From an uncultured Pelagibacteraceae bacterium (GTDB taxonomy: Bacteria; Pseudomonadota; Alphaproteobacteria; Pelagibacterales; Pelagibacteraceae), in NCBI GenBank assembly GCA_902533445.1, contig CACALX010000003.1, forward strand, positions 7,111 through 71,110: 64,000 nt of DNA. The letters are read 5' to 3'. Positions within the stretch are counted from its first letter, which is position 1; each line of letters opens with the position of its first letter. Shown here piece by piece: positions 50,997 to 60,575 of this stretch. Made by a program: the position numbers and the translations under genes. The notes beneath the pieces are model-generated. The model had not been told where the DNA came from. It made no database searches and was given only the letters and a program-made list of their open reading frames with translations.

Positions 50997-52201
50997 TAAT
51001 TTAATTGATCAATTATTCTATCAACTATTTCTTCAGAAATTTCAGATTTTCTTTTGTATGTTAGGACTTCACTTTTTAAAGATTTATTTTTGTAGTGGAT
51101 CACAACTTCATTATAATCAGAGTTAAATCCTATATTTTTTTTAGAAACATCATTAGCAATTATCCAATCACAATTCTTTTTATTTAATTTTTCTTCTGCA
51201 TTTTTTAAAATTTCGTTTGTTTCTGCTGCAAAACCAATCACAATGTCAGGCCTCATAGAATTATGATTTGATATGTAATTTAAAATATCAATATTTTTTT
51301 CTAAATTTAAGTTTAATGCTTCTTCTTTTTTTATTTTTATTTTAGATTTATTTTTTACTTTAAAGTCTGATACTGCTGCTGAAAAAATTGCTACATCTAC
51401 AGGTAAATTCTCTTGTGTAGCAGCAAACATTTCGTCTGCTGTTTCAACTTCAATGAGTTTAATATCTTTTTCTACTTCTAGATTAGTTGGTCCTGAAATC
51501 AGTGTTGTATCAAAACCTTTTTTTGATAAACATTTAGCTAGTTCATATCCTTGTTTGCCACTTGATTTATTTGTTATAAAACGCACAGGGTCGATATACT
51601 CATTTGTTGGACCCGCAGTAACTAAAGCTTTAAATTTTTTATTTTGACTTTGATTTAAAAAAAATTGGTTTAACTCATCCACAATTTTTAATGGTTCTGA
51701 CATCTTACCTTCTCCGTATTCCCCGCATGCCATATCTCCTTTTTCTGGACCAATAAACTTATAACCAAAATCTTTTAATTTTTTTAAATTAGTTTTTGTA
51801 GATTTATGTTCCCACATTCTAACATTCATCGCTGGTGCTAAATAAATTTGTTTATTTGAAGCAAGTATTACAGTAGAAGCTAAATCATCTGTAGCACCTT
51901 GTGCTAATTTTGAAATTGTATTTGCTGTAGTTGGTGCAACGATACCTACGTCTGCCCATCTAGAAAGTGAAATGTGATCCATTTCAGTTTCGTTTTCTAA
52001 GCTAAATAAATCACTATAAACTTTACCTTGAGATAATGATGCTACTGATAATGGAGTTACAAATTCTTTAGCACTAGAAGTAAGTATAGTTTTTATTTCT
52101 GCACCATTTTTTTTTAATAATCTAATTGTTTCAAGACTTTTATAAGCTGAAATACCACCACAAATAATAAAAAGAATTTTTTTGTTATTAAGATTTTTCA
52201 T
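50996..52201 (-). CDS. coaBC: Bifunctional CoaBC
   Basis: GGISAYK, PAMN, ACGEYG, TAGPT...DPVRFITNKSSGKQG and GFAAET motifs. Confidence 0.97.
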   Translation of the reverse strand: MKNLNNKKILFIICGGISAYKSLETIRLLKKNGAEIKTILTSSAKEFVTPLSVASLSQGKVYSDLFSLENETEMDHISLSRWADVGIVAPTTANTISKLAQGATDDLASTVILASNKQIYLAPAMNVRMWEHKSTKTNLKKLKDFGYKFIGPEKGDMACGEYGEGKMSEPLKIVDELNQFFLNQSQNKKFKALVTAGPTNEYIDPVRFITNKSSGKQGYELAKCLSKKGFDTTLISGPTNLEVEKDIKLIEVETADEMFAATQENLPVDVAIFSAAVSDFKVKNKSKIKIKKEEALNLNLEKNIDILNYISNHNSMRPDIVIGFAAETNEILKNAEEKLNKKNCDWIIANDVSKKNIGFNSDYNEVVIHYKNKSLKSEVLTYKRKSEISEEIVDRIIDQLN

Positions 52202-52209
52202 TTGAAGAA

Positions 52210-53778
52210 TTAAAATACTATAAGACCAAAAATTACAAGAAGTAATAAACCAATAATAGATTGGTTTCTAAATGCTACCATTTCAGATTTTTTATCGTTT
52301 AAAGCTGTATAAGAATTGGAGTTTTGAGGAATTTGTCCGCTAGCTAAAAATGTCAGAGCTTGATTTGCTTTGTCCATGATTTCAGGTAACTCAGGTAATC
52401 TTTTAATTACTTCAGTACTATTTTTAAGTGTTTCGTTAAAATTATTTATAGGATCTTTTGTTTCTCTTAACCAATTTTCAAGAACTGGTTTAGATGTTGT
52501 CCAAATATTAGTGTTAGGATTTAATTTTCTTGCAACACCCTCAACTACAACCATTGTTTTTTGTAACATCAACAATTGAGGTTGAGTTTGCATATTGAAC
52601 TTTTCTGTAACATCAAAAAGCTGTTTTAATAATTTTCCACCTGAAATATCTTTAACCTCTTGACCAAATATTGGCTCTCCTATTGACCTTAATGCTTGTG
52701 CAAGATCATCTATTGGCACATTTTTAGGGACTAACCCTGCTACCAAGTGAACCTCAGCAACTTTTTTATAATCTCTTTGTATAAATCCAAATAAAATTTC
52801 AGCTAAAAAACGTTTACTCATTTTGTCTAATCTACCCATTATGCCAAAATCTATTGGAGCTATTTGACCGTTCTCATCAATAAATATATTTCCTTGGTGC
52901 ATATCAGCATGAAAAAAACCATCCCTTACAGCATGTCTTAAAAAATGTTGGATAATATCCTCAGCAATTTTATTAGTATTTAAATTTCTTTTTTTCAGCT
53001 CTTCTGTTTCACGAATAGATACTCCGTCTATCCAATCTAATGTCATTACATTCTCACTAGTAAAGTTCCAATATATTTCAGGAACTTTGAAACCAGCATC
53101 ATTTTTTGTATTTTCTGCATATTCATTTGCGGCTGCTGCCTCAAATCTTAAATCCATTTCTAGGTTAGTTATTTCTTTCAACAAAAAAACAACTTCCACA
53201 AGTTTTAATCTTTTAGTTTTTTTTAAAAATGACTCAGTGATAAATGCAAATAGCATCATCGCATCAATTTCTTCGTTAAATATTTTTTTTATGTCTGGTC
53301 TTATAATTTTTATTGCTACATCTTTAATTGTACCATTGTCATTTATTTTAGCTTTATGAACTTGTGCTATTGATGCAGCAGCAACTGGCTCACTTAAATC
53401 AATAATAGAATTGTAAGCATCATTGCCTAAATCATTTTTAATTATTTCTTTTGCCTGATTAATAGAGAATGGTGGTACACGATCTTGTAATTTTTCCAGT
53501 TTTGTAGAAAGTTCTTCTCCTATAATATCAGGTCTAGTAGCTAAAAATTGACCTAATTTTATAAAAGTTGTACCCATCGACTCCAATGATTTTGAAAGTC
53601 TTTCACCATCATCTAGCGCATGATGACTCAATTCTTTTTTTTTAAAAGATATTGCTAAAAGCTGAAATAAAATTGTGATCGTGAACGGCGGTTTTTTAAA
53701 TTTAGAGGCAATATCTAAAATATCAGATTTTGCAATCTTTCTTCCTAATTTAAATAAAGTAATTAATTTTCTTAGCAT
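52210..53778 (-). CDS. ubiB: Ubiquinone biosynthesis kinase-like UbiB
   Basis: IKLGQ, AAASIAQVH, FFHADMHQGN and DFG motifs; TAATG coupling with ubiE gives start 53778. Confidence 0.96.
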   Translation of the reverse strand: MLRKLITLFKLGRKIAKSDILDIASKFKKPPFTITILFQLLAISFKKKELSHHALDDGERLSKSLESMGTTFIKLGQFLATRPDIIGEELSTKLEKLQDRVPPFSINQAKEIIKNDLGNDAYNSIIDLSEPVAAASIAQVHKAKINDNGTIKDVAIKIIRPDIKKIFNEEIDAMMLFAFITESFLKKTKRLKLVEVVFLLKEITNLEMDLRFEAAAANEYAENTKNDAGFKVPEIYWNFTSENVMTLDWIDGVSIRETEELKKRNLNTNKIAEDIIQHFLRHAVRDGFFHADMHQGNIFIDENGQIAPIDFGIMGRLDKMSKRFLAEILFGFIQRDYKKVAEVHLVAGLVPKNVPIDDLAQALRSIGEPIFGQEVKDISGGKLLKQLFDVTEKFNMQTQPQLLMLQKTMVVVEGVARKLNPNTNIWTTSKPVLENWLRETKDPINNFNETLKNSTEVIKRLPELPEIMDKANQALTFLASGQIPQNSNSYTALNDKKSEMVAFRNQSIIGLLLLVIFGLIVF

Positions 53779-54482
53779 TATATTTTCCAACCACTATGGA
53801 TAGAAACTAAACCACCTGAAAAGTTTCTATAATTACATTTCGTAAATTTATGCTTTTTCATTAAGTCGATTAATTCTTCCTGATTAATAAATTCTTCAAT
53901 ACTTTTTACTAAATATTCATATGGTTTTTTATCGCCAACAATAAATTGACCAATATGAGGAATTATTTTTGAATAGTTTTTATAAACAAAATCTAGGTTA
54001 GAGTTTTGAATTTTTGAAAATTCTAAACATAGAAATCTTCCACCTGGTTTTAATACCCTATAAGCTTCAGATAGAGCTTTATCTAAATTCTTTGTATTTC
54101 TAAGACCAAAACTTATTGTGTAATAATCAAATTCGTTGTCTTGAAGCGGAAGCTTCTCAGCACCTGCATTGATCCATTTTATATTTTTATAGTTAGACAA
54201 TTTTTGTTTGCCTTGATTAATCATACCTTTATTTGGATCTACACAAGTGACATTTGACATTTGATTTGTACTATTCAAAAACAATTTACCGATATCTCCA
54301 GTTCCACAAGCAACATCTATTAACTTTCTATTTGGAGATGGTTTCATAATATTGATTAGATTTTTTTTCCAAAATCTATGAATGCCCAGTGACATGAAAT
54401 CATTCATCAAGTCGTATTTACTATAAACTTGATCAAAAACACCTTCCACAAGGCCTTTTTTATTTTGAAGATATTGTTGCAT
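53778..54482 (-). CDS. ubiE: Ubiquinone/menaquinone C-methyltransferase
   Basis: YDLMND, DVACGTGD, FGLRN and RVLKPGG motifs. Confidence 0.96.
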   Translation of the reverse strand: MQQYLQNKKGLVEGVFDQVYSKYDLMNDFMSLGIHRFWKKNLINIMKPSPNRKLIDVACGTGDIGKLFLNSTNQMSNVTCVDPNKGMINQGKQKLSNYKNIKWINAGAEKLPLQDNEFDYYTISFGLRNTKNLDKALSEAYRVLKPGGRFLCLEFSKIQNSNLDFVYKNYSKIIPHIGQFIVGDKKPYEYLVKSIEEFINQEELIDLMKKHKFTKCNYRNFSGGLVSIHSGWKI

Positions 54483-54511
54483 AAAAAAATATAAATTGAA
54501 TATAGTGAGAA

Positions 54512-55375
54512 ATGCCAGAATTACCAGAAGTAGAAATTGTTAGACAATCTTTAGACAAAAAAATTAAACAAAAAAGTATTAAAAAAGTAATTATTAGAAA
54601 TAAAAATCTTAGATTCCCAGTTCCAAAAAATTTTAGTTCTTTTTTAAAGAATAAAAAAATTATTAAAGTAGATAGATTTTCCAAGTACTTAATATTGAAT
54701 TTTAAAAGTGGAGAGTTTTGTTTGATACATTTGGGCATGTCTGGAACCATACACATCATTGATAGTAAAAAAAAATTAAAATTTACTAATGCTAGTTTTT
54801 ATCATTCTCCTATATTACCAAAAAAACACAATCATATTGAATTAATATTTAATTCTTTAAAAGTAATTTATAATGATCCAAGACGATTTGGTTTTTTTGA
54901 GTTAGTAGAAAATAGAGAAAAATTAGAAAATAGATTTAAAAATTTGGGACCAGAACCATTTAATTTAAATTTTAATTTGAATTATGTTTTTAATTATTTC
55001 AAAGGAAAGAATAAAAATATAAAAATATTTTTATTAGACCAAAAATTTGTTTCTGGAATTGGGAATATTTATGCAAGTGAAATTTTATTTCTAAGTAAGA
55101 TTTATCCATTTAAAAAAGCAAGTTTGTTAACTAGAGAAGATTGCAAAAAAATTATTTACTATTCAAAAAAAATTTTATTAAGAGCAATTAAAAAAGGTGG
55201 CTCAAGTATTAGAGATTTTAAGAATACGTTGGGATCTTCTGGAAACTATCAAAAAGAATTTAAAGTATATCAGCAAGAAGGATTAAGATGTAAAACTATA
55301 GGATGCACAGATACTATACAGAAAAAAATTGTATCAAATAGATCTACTTTCTTTTGCAATTCCTGCCAAAATTAG
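54512..55375 (+). CDS. mutM: Formamidopyrimidine-DNA glycosylase
   Basis: MPELPEVE, HLGMSG, DPRRFG and GIGNIY motifs plus zinc finger. Confidence 0.98.
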   Translation: MPELPEVEIVRQSLDKKIKQKSIKKVIIRNKNLRFPVPKNFSSFLKNKKIIKVDRFSKYLILNFKSGEFCLIHLGMSGTIHIIDSKKKLKFTNASFYHSPILPKKHNHIELIFNSLKVIYNDPRRFGFFELVENREKLENRFKNLGPEPFNLNFNLNYVFNYFKGKNKNIKIFLLDQKFVSGIGNIYASEILFLSKIYPFKKASLLTREDCKKIIYYSKKILLRAIKKGGSSIRDFKNTLGSSGNYQKEFKVYQQEGLRCKTIGCTDTIQKKIVSNRSTFFCNSCQN

Positions 55376-55387
55376 CCAAATATTTAG

Positions 55388-55416
55388 TTGACCGTTTTCA
55401 GTTCTCAAGCTATACC
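55388..55416 (+). promoter_or_regulatory. Sigma-70 promoter of rpsT
   Basis: TTGACC-N17-TATACC preceded by GC (alphaproteobacterial GCTAnAnC style), ending 7 nt before the ATG. Confidence 0.7.
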
Positions 55417-55423
55417 CCTGCGC

Positions 55424-55684
55424 ATGGCAAATACAAAATCAGCTATTAAACGTATAAGACGTATTTCTAAGCAAACAGCAGTAAATAAAGCTAGAAAAAG
55501 TAGATTTAGAAATGCATTAAAGAAAATGAATGTTTTAATTGATACCAAAAAGAAAGATGAAGCATTAAAATTCTTACCTAAATTAAACTCTGAGTTGATG
55601 AAAATTGCAAAGACTGGTGTAATTAAAAAACAAAATGCATCAAGAAACGTTTCAAGAATAACCAAAAAGATTGCAGCAATTTAA
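55424..55684 (+). CDS. rpsT: 30S ribosomal protein S20
   Basis: MANTKSAIKR...KQNASR; true start ATG 55424. Confidence 0.97.
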   Translation: MANTKSAIKRIRRISKQTAVNKARKSRFRNALKKMNVLIDTKKKDEALKFLPKLNSELMKIAKTGVIKKQNASRNVSRITKKIAAI

Positions 55685-55800
55685 AAACCTTAAGTTGTTT
55701 CAAAGATAAATTTCACACACACTCTATATAAGATCTAAATGTTTTTAAATTACTATATTTAGATTTAGTAAATTTTTGATCTCACACAATACAATTAATG

Positions 55801-55828
55801 TTTGATTCAATCTGTATTTGATTCAATC
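55801..55828. repeat. 12-bp direct repeat, each copy with a GANTC site, upstream of dnaA
   Basis: TTTGATTCAATC at 55801-55812 and 55817-55828. Confidence 0.8.
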
Positions 55829-55999
55829 AAAAATTTTATTTTTAAAAAAATTTAAAGTGAATTTAAAAATTTATGTCCACAAAAAAAATGATTGTGAAAA
55901 TAATTTCTACAATTGCAGATTTAATTTTTTTTCAATTTTTAATTTAATACTTGTTGCAAAATTTTTTAAATAGTTCTAACTGAGATCTTCCCTTAAGTT

Positions 56000-57418
56000 A
56001 TGAATAAATCTTTTATAAATAAAAATATTAATAATTTTGCCTCAGAAGAGATTGATTGGCAACAAATTCAATCTGAAATGAAGAATAAATTAGGTTTAGA
56101 AATTTATGAAAGTTGGTTGAAAAAAATATCATTTCTTGAGGAGCATAATAATTATTTACTTTTATCTGTTCCAACTAGATTTATCAGAGACTGGATAACT
56201 TCGAGGTATTTAGACCAAATTCTGAAAATAATTAAATTGTATAAAAAAGATATAATTAGAATTGAATTTAAAATTATTGATCAAAAAGTTGATAAGGATT
56301 TAAAAGACACAACAAATATTGAAAATACCCAGAATGTAAATGTTTCATTTATAAAAGACTCGTACCTTCAGTATAACCGAATAGACCCAAACAAGCGATT
56401 TGATAACTTTGTAACTGGATCAAGCAATAAACTTGCATATGAAGCTTCTTTAAAGGTTACAGAAACTATCTCTCATTACAATCCACTCTATATTTATGGA
56501 GGTGTTGGAATGGGGAAAACTCACTTATTAAATTCCATTGGTTTTGAGATGAAGAAAAAAAATATAGTGATGTTCATTTCAGCTGAGCGTTTCATGTATC
56601 AGTTTGTAAAATCAATTAAAACAAATGATATGGTTAAGTTTAAAGAATATTTTAGAAATACTGATATTTTATTAATAGATGATATCCAATTTATTAGCGG
56701 TAAAGAAGCAATGCAGGAAGAATTTTTTCATACATTCAATGCTTTGTTAGATAAAGGATCACAAATTATTGTATCTGCTGATAGAGCGCCTAATAAATTA
56801 ATGCGTATTCAAGAGAGAATTAAATCTAGATTTTCAGGTGGATTAGTTGTTGATATTCAAAAACCTGATTTAGAATTACGAAAAAAAATAGTTCAAAAAA
56901 AATCAGAAGAATTAAACAATTTATATTCAGATCAGCTACAAGTATCAAAAGAGATACAAGATTTTATTAGTAATGAGATCTCAGGCAGTGTAAGAGAATT
57001 AGTTGGATCAGTTAATAGAATTGTATCCTTTTCAAGAATTTATAACAAAGTACCAAATTTACCTGAAACTAAAGTGGTATTAAAAGACCTTTTGAATATC
57101 TCAGAAAACAAAGTAACAATTGACTTAATACAGACTATTGTGTGTAAGTTTTTCAAGATAAGCAAAAATGAAATGCTTTCTTCAAGAAGATCAAGATATC
57201 TTGTAAGACCTCGACAGACAGCAATTTACTTAACTAAAATTTTAACTTCAAAATCATTACCAGAAATAGGTAGAGAATTCTCGAATAGAGATCATACAAC
57301 AATTATCCATTCTGTTAAAACAATAGAAAAAATCAAAGAAAAAGATCAAGAAATGGTAGATAATATCAATAAACTTAAAAATCAGATATTATACAATAAC
57401 AAAGAAAATGAAATTTAA
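56000..57418 (+). CDS. dnaA: Replication initiator DnaA
   Basis: YNPLYIYGGVGMGKTHL, DDIQF, QEEFFHTFN and RDHTT motifs. Confidence 0.99.
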   Translation: MNKSFINKNINNFASEEIDWQQIQSEMKNKLGLEIYESWLKKISFLEEHNNYLLLSVPTRFIRDWITSRYLDQILKIIKLYKKDIIRIEFKIIDQKVDKDLKDTTNIENTQNVNVSFIKDSYLQYNRIDPNKRFDNFVTGSSNKLAYEASLKVTETISHYNPLYIYGGVGMGKTHLLNSIGFEMKKKNIVMFISAERFMYQFVKSIKTNDMVKFKEYFRNTDILLIDDIQFISGKEAMQEEFFHTFNALLDKGSQIIVSADRAPNKLMRIQERIKSRFSGGLVVDIQKPDLELRKKIVQKKSEELNNLYSDQLQVSKEIQDFISNEISGSVRELVGSVNRIVSFSRIYNKVPNLPETKVVLKDLLNISENKVTIDLIQTIVCKFFKISKNEMLSSRRSRYLVRPRQTAIYLTKILTSKSLPEIGREFSNRDHTTIIHSVKTIEKIKEKDQEMVDNINKLKNQILYNNKENEI

Positions 57419-58520
57419 CGTCAACCAACAGGACCTTCAGCAAGCATTAAATTATTGTCAGGGTGTAATTGAAAAGAGAAGCACCTTACCAATTTTATCT
57501 AATATTCTATTAGATGCCAGTAATTCTAAATTAACGATTACTGCTACAGATCTTGATTTAATTTTTATACACCAGCTAAATAATGTTGAAATTCTAGAAG
57601 AAGGAAAAACAACAACAACCTCGTCAATTATGTATGACATAATCAGAAAATTAACATCTGGAAAAAAAATTAAACTTACTCTTACCGATGTAAGTAAATT
57701 ACAAGTAGAGTCTGAAAAATCAATTTTTAATTTAAATTGTATTAGTGCTACCGAGTTCCCATTGACTGATGAAAATTTTAATGAAAATGAATTTACTATA
57801 AAATCAAAACAATTATTAAAGCTTCTAAATAAATGTAAGTTTTCTGTTTCAAATGATGAAACTCGACATTATTTAAGTGGCATTTATTTTCACCAAACCG
57901 AAGTTGAGGAAAAAAATTATTTAACAGCTGTTGCTACAGACAGTCACAGAATGTCAATTTCAAAAATCAGACTAGATGAAAAAATTGAATTTGATCCAAT
58001 TATACTTCCTAAAAAAACAATTTTTCAACTTTGTTCACTGCTAGATAGTTATGATGGTGATGTAAAAGTATCAAATCTAAAGTCAAAAATTAAGTTTGAG
58101 TTAAATAATAGTATTTTAATTTCAAAACTTATCGATGGGAAATTTCCGAATTACATTCAAGTAATTCCTAAAAATAATCAAAAAAAATTAGAAATTGATT
58201 TAAAACTTTTCTTAAACTCAGTTGATAGAGTTGCTTCTGTATCTCTAGATAAAAAAGATGGTGTAAAATTTAATTTATCAAATGATACTCTTAATCTTTC
58301 AGTAAATAATACTAACAGTGGAGATGGAAAAGAAACATTAAATGTTAAATTTGATCACGACTTAGAAATAAGTTTTAACTCCAGATATTTGATTGATGTA
58401 GCTTCACAATTAGATGGAGATAGAGTTGAAATCTTCTTTAATGATACTGGCTCACCAGCTTTAATAAAAGATCCTGGCGATTTTGACAGTATTTATGTTG
58501 TGATGCCAATGAAGGGTTAA
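57408..58520 (+). CDS. dnaN: DNA polymerase III beta clamp
   Basis: PILSN, ATDLD, ATDSHR, GKFPNY and VVMPM motifs. Confidence 0.98.
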   Translation: MKFNVNQQDLQQALNYCQGVIEKRSTLPILSNILLDASNSKLTITATDLDLIFIHQLNNVEILEEGKTTTTSSIMYDIIRKLTSGKKIKLTLTDVSKLQVESEKSIFNLNCISATEFPLTDENFNENEFTIKSKQLLKLLNKCKFSVSNDETRHYLSGIYFHQTEVEEKNYLTAVATDSHRMSISKIRLDEKIEFDPIILPKKTIFQLCSLLDSYDGDVKVSNLKSKIKFELNNSILISKLIDGKFPNYIQVIPKNNQKKLEIDLKLFLNSVDRVASVSLDKKDGVKFNLSNDTLNLSVNNTNSGDGKETLNVKFDHDLEISFNSRYLIDVASQLDGDRVEIFFNDTGSPALIKDPGDFDSIYVVMPMKG

Positions 58521-59218
58521 TTTATTAAATCTAATTCTTGATAGATATTTTTTTCAAGAGTTTTTAAAAATTCATTTTTTTCTAGGCCAGCAGAAATAGG
58601 CTTTAATATTGATATAATAATTGTTCTATTACTATTTTTAGTACCTTTTTTTGGCCAAACGTAACCAGAATTTATGGCTACTGGTAAACAATCTATTTTT
58701 AATTCTTCATATATTCTTGAGGCTCCTTTTTTAAATGGAGCTCTATCATCAGGTAATACCCTTGTACCTTGAGGAAAAATAATTAATGGACGATTAGATT
58801 GTGATATTGTTTTTGAAATATCATTAAAAAAACCTAAATTTTCTTTGGTTGTTTTATTTCTGTTTATTGAAATTGATCCTATTTTTTTTAAATACCAACC
58901 AAATATTGGAATTTGAAGAAGCTCTTTCTTTAAAATAAAAACTGGTGAATTAAAAATAGTTTGCAAATAAAAGGTTTCAAACATTGATTGATGAGAAGCA
59001 GCAATAAAAAACTTGTCCTCTTTAATTATGTTTTCCTCACCTTTGATAAGGATTTTTACTGAAAGGACAAACCTTAAACAAATGCCAGTCCAATAGCCCA
59101 TTAATTTGCCACCAATTAAAACAATTTTTCTTGGTAGAAAAAAAGAGGGTAAAAAAATTATAGAAATAATAATAATTCCAGTAAAAAAAATTATTGAAAA
59201 TAAAAAGTTTCTTATCAT
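58517..59218 (-). CDS. plsC: 1-acyl-sn-glycerol-3-phosphate acyltransferase
   Basis: SHQSMFE, LKKEL...PIFGW and IFPQGTR motifs. Confidence 0.9.
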   Translation of the reverse strand: MIRNFLFSIIFFTGIIIISIIFLPSFFLPRKIVLIGGKLMGYWTGICLRFVLSVKILIKGEENIIKEDKFFIAASHQSMFETFYLQTIFNSPVFILKKELLQIPIFGWYLKKIGSISINRNKTTKENLGFFNDISKTISQSNRPLIIFPQGTRVLPDDRAPFKKGASRIYEELKIDCLPVAINSGYVWPKKGTKNSNRTIIISILKPISAGLEKNEFLKTLEKNIYQELDLIN

Positions 59219-59229
59219 CGTCTCAAAAG

Positions 59230-60444
59230 CTAAATCAAATCTTTATGCTTTTGTCTTTTTCTAATTATTTTTATTTTGTTGTTTTTAATTAATATTTCTA
59301 ATGGTTTTGTTCTTAAATTATAATTTGAGCTTAGTGACATTCCGTAAGCACCTACATCACAAATTGCAATATAGTCCTTTTCTTGAAGTTCTTGAAAATT
59401 TTTAATAGTTACAAACTTGTCTGTACTTTCACATATAGGTCCTACAAATTCATAAGTTTTTTTAGAAACTTTACCAGATTTAATTACAGGTAAAGTTTTA
59501 TGAATTGCACCATATAATGCTGGTCTCATTAAATCATTCATTGCAGCATCTAATATAATAAATTTTTTACTTTCGCTATCTTTTATATAAATAACTTTTG
59601 TAATTAATGTTCCAGAATTTCCTATTATAGATCTTCCTGGTTCAAATATAATTTTACAATTTTTATTTTTTAAAAATTTTTGAATAGCTAAATTATATTT
59701 TTTATAATTAAGTTTTTTATTTTCATTTGTATATGAAATTCCCATACCACCACCTAAATCTATGTATTCAAATTCATGAGATGTTTTCTTTAAAATATTA
59801 TCGACTACTTTAAGCATCTTTTCATAAGGCTTATGATCTAAAATTTGGCTTCCAATATGAACACTTAGGCAATTAAGATTTATATTTTGTGAACCTCTGC
59901 AATAATCAATTATTTCATAAAATGTTTTTTCATTTACACCAAACTTATTCTCTTTTTTACCAGTCGAAATTTGGCTTAATGTTTTTGCATCAGTATTAGG
60001 ATTTAATCTTAAACCAATTTTCACAATTTTATTTTTCTGTCTAGCAACTCTATTTATTTCTACTACTTCACTTTTAGACTCTGCGTTTATTAATAAAATT
60101 TTTTTATCTATTGCGTAACTTATTTCATTTGTAGTTTTACCAACTCCTGAAAAAACAATTTTTTTTGGACTAATACCTGCTTTAAGGGCCGTCATCATTT
60201 CACCAACAGATACTACATCGGCTCCAAAACCAAATTTTGATATCTCATTTATTAAATTTACATTTGTATTTGATTTAACCGCGAAACATATCAATGGTGA
60301 AATTGATTTAAAATTTTTTTGGAAATTTAATATATTTTCTTTTAATGTTGAGTATGAATAGCAATATGTTGGTGTACCATATTTTTTTGCAATCTTTAGA
60401 AAGTTAACTTTATCAATAGATAATTTTTTATTTATGTATTTCAT
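59230..60444 (-). CDS. lysA: Diaminopimelate decarboxylase
   Basis: FAVKSN, HIGSQ, DLGGG, EPGR, GPICES and GAYG motifs. Confidence 0.97.
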   Translation of the reverse strand: MKYINKKLSIDKVNFLKIAKKYGTPTYCYSYSTLKENILNFQKNFKSISPLICFAVKSNTNVNLINEISKFGFGADVVSVGEMMTALKAGISPKKIVFSGVGKTTNEISYAIDKKILLINAESKSEVVEINRVARQKNKIVKIGLRLNPNTDAKTLSQISTGKKENKFGVNEKTFYEIIDYCRGSQNINLNCLSVHIGSQILDHKPYEKMLKVVDNILKKTSHEFEYIDLGGGMGISYTNENKKLNYKKYNLAIQKFLKNKNCKIIFEPGRSIIGNSGTLITKVIYIKDSESKKFIILDAAMNDLMRPALYGAIHKTLPVIKSGKVSKKTYEFVGPICESTDKFVTIKNFQELQEKDYIAICDVGAYGMSLSSNYNLRTKPLEILIKNNKIKIIRKRQKHKDLI

Positions 60445-60575
60445 TACACTCTATTTTTAAAGAATAGATTTAAATAAACTTGGTTTTTGTCTTCTTTGTA
60501 TACAGGGTCACCTTTCTTGCCACATGAAAATAACAGCAGCAACATAACTAATGTAAATGTGATTTTTTTTATCAT
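60444..60575 (-). CDS. LptM/YifL-like small lipoprotein (43 aa, not in ORF track)
   Basis: MIKKITFTLVMLLLLFSCGKKGDPVYKEDKNQVYLNLFFKNRV*; lipobox plus CGxKG; overlaps the argH stop and the lysA start. Confidence 0.8.
   Translation of the reverse strand: MIKKITFTLVMLLLLFSCGKKGDPVYKEDKNQVYLNLFFKNRV

Noticed and set aside
55951-55961. TTGTTGCAAAA upstream of dnaA, identical to half of the porin dyad
   Set aside because: There is no second half-site, so chance in AT-rich DNA is plausible.
55685-55999. oriC between rpsT and dnaA
   Set aside because: There is no perfect TTATCCACA cluster, and alphaproteobacterial origins usually lie near hemE and the mnmE-parAB block instead. It cannot be fully excluded without skew data.
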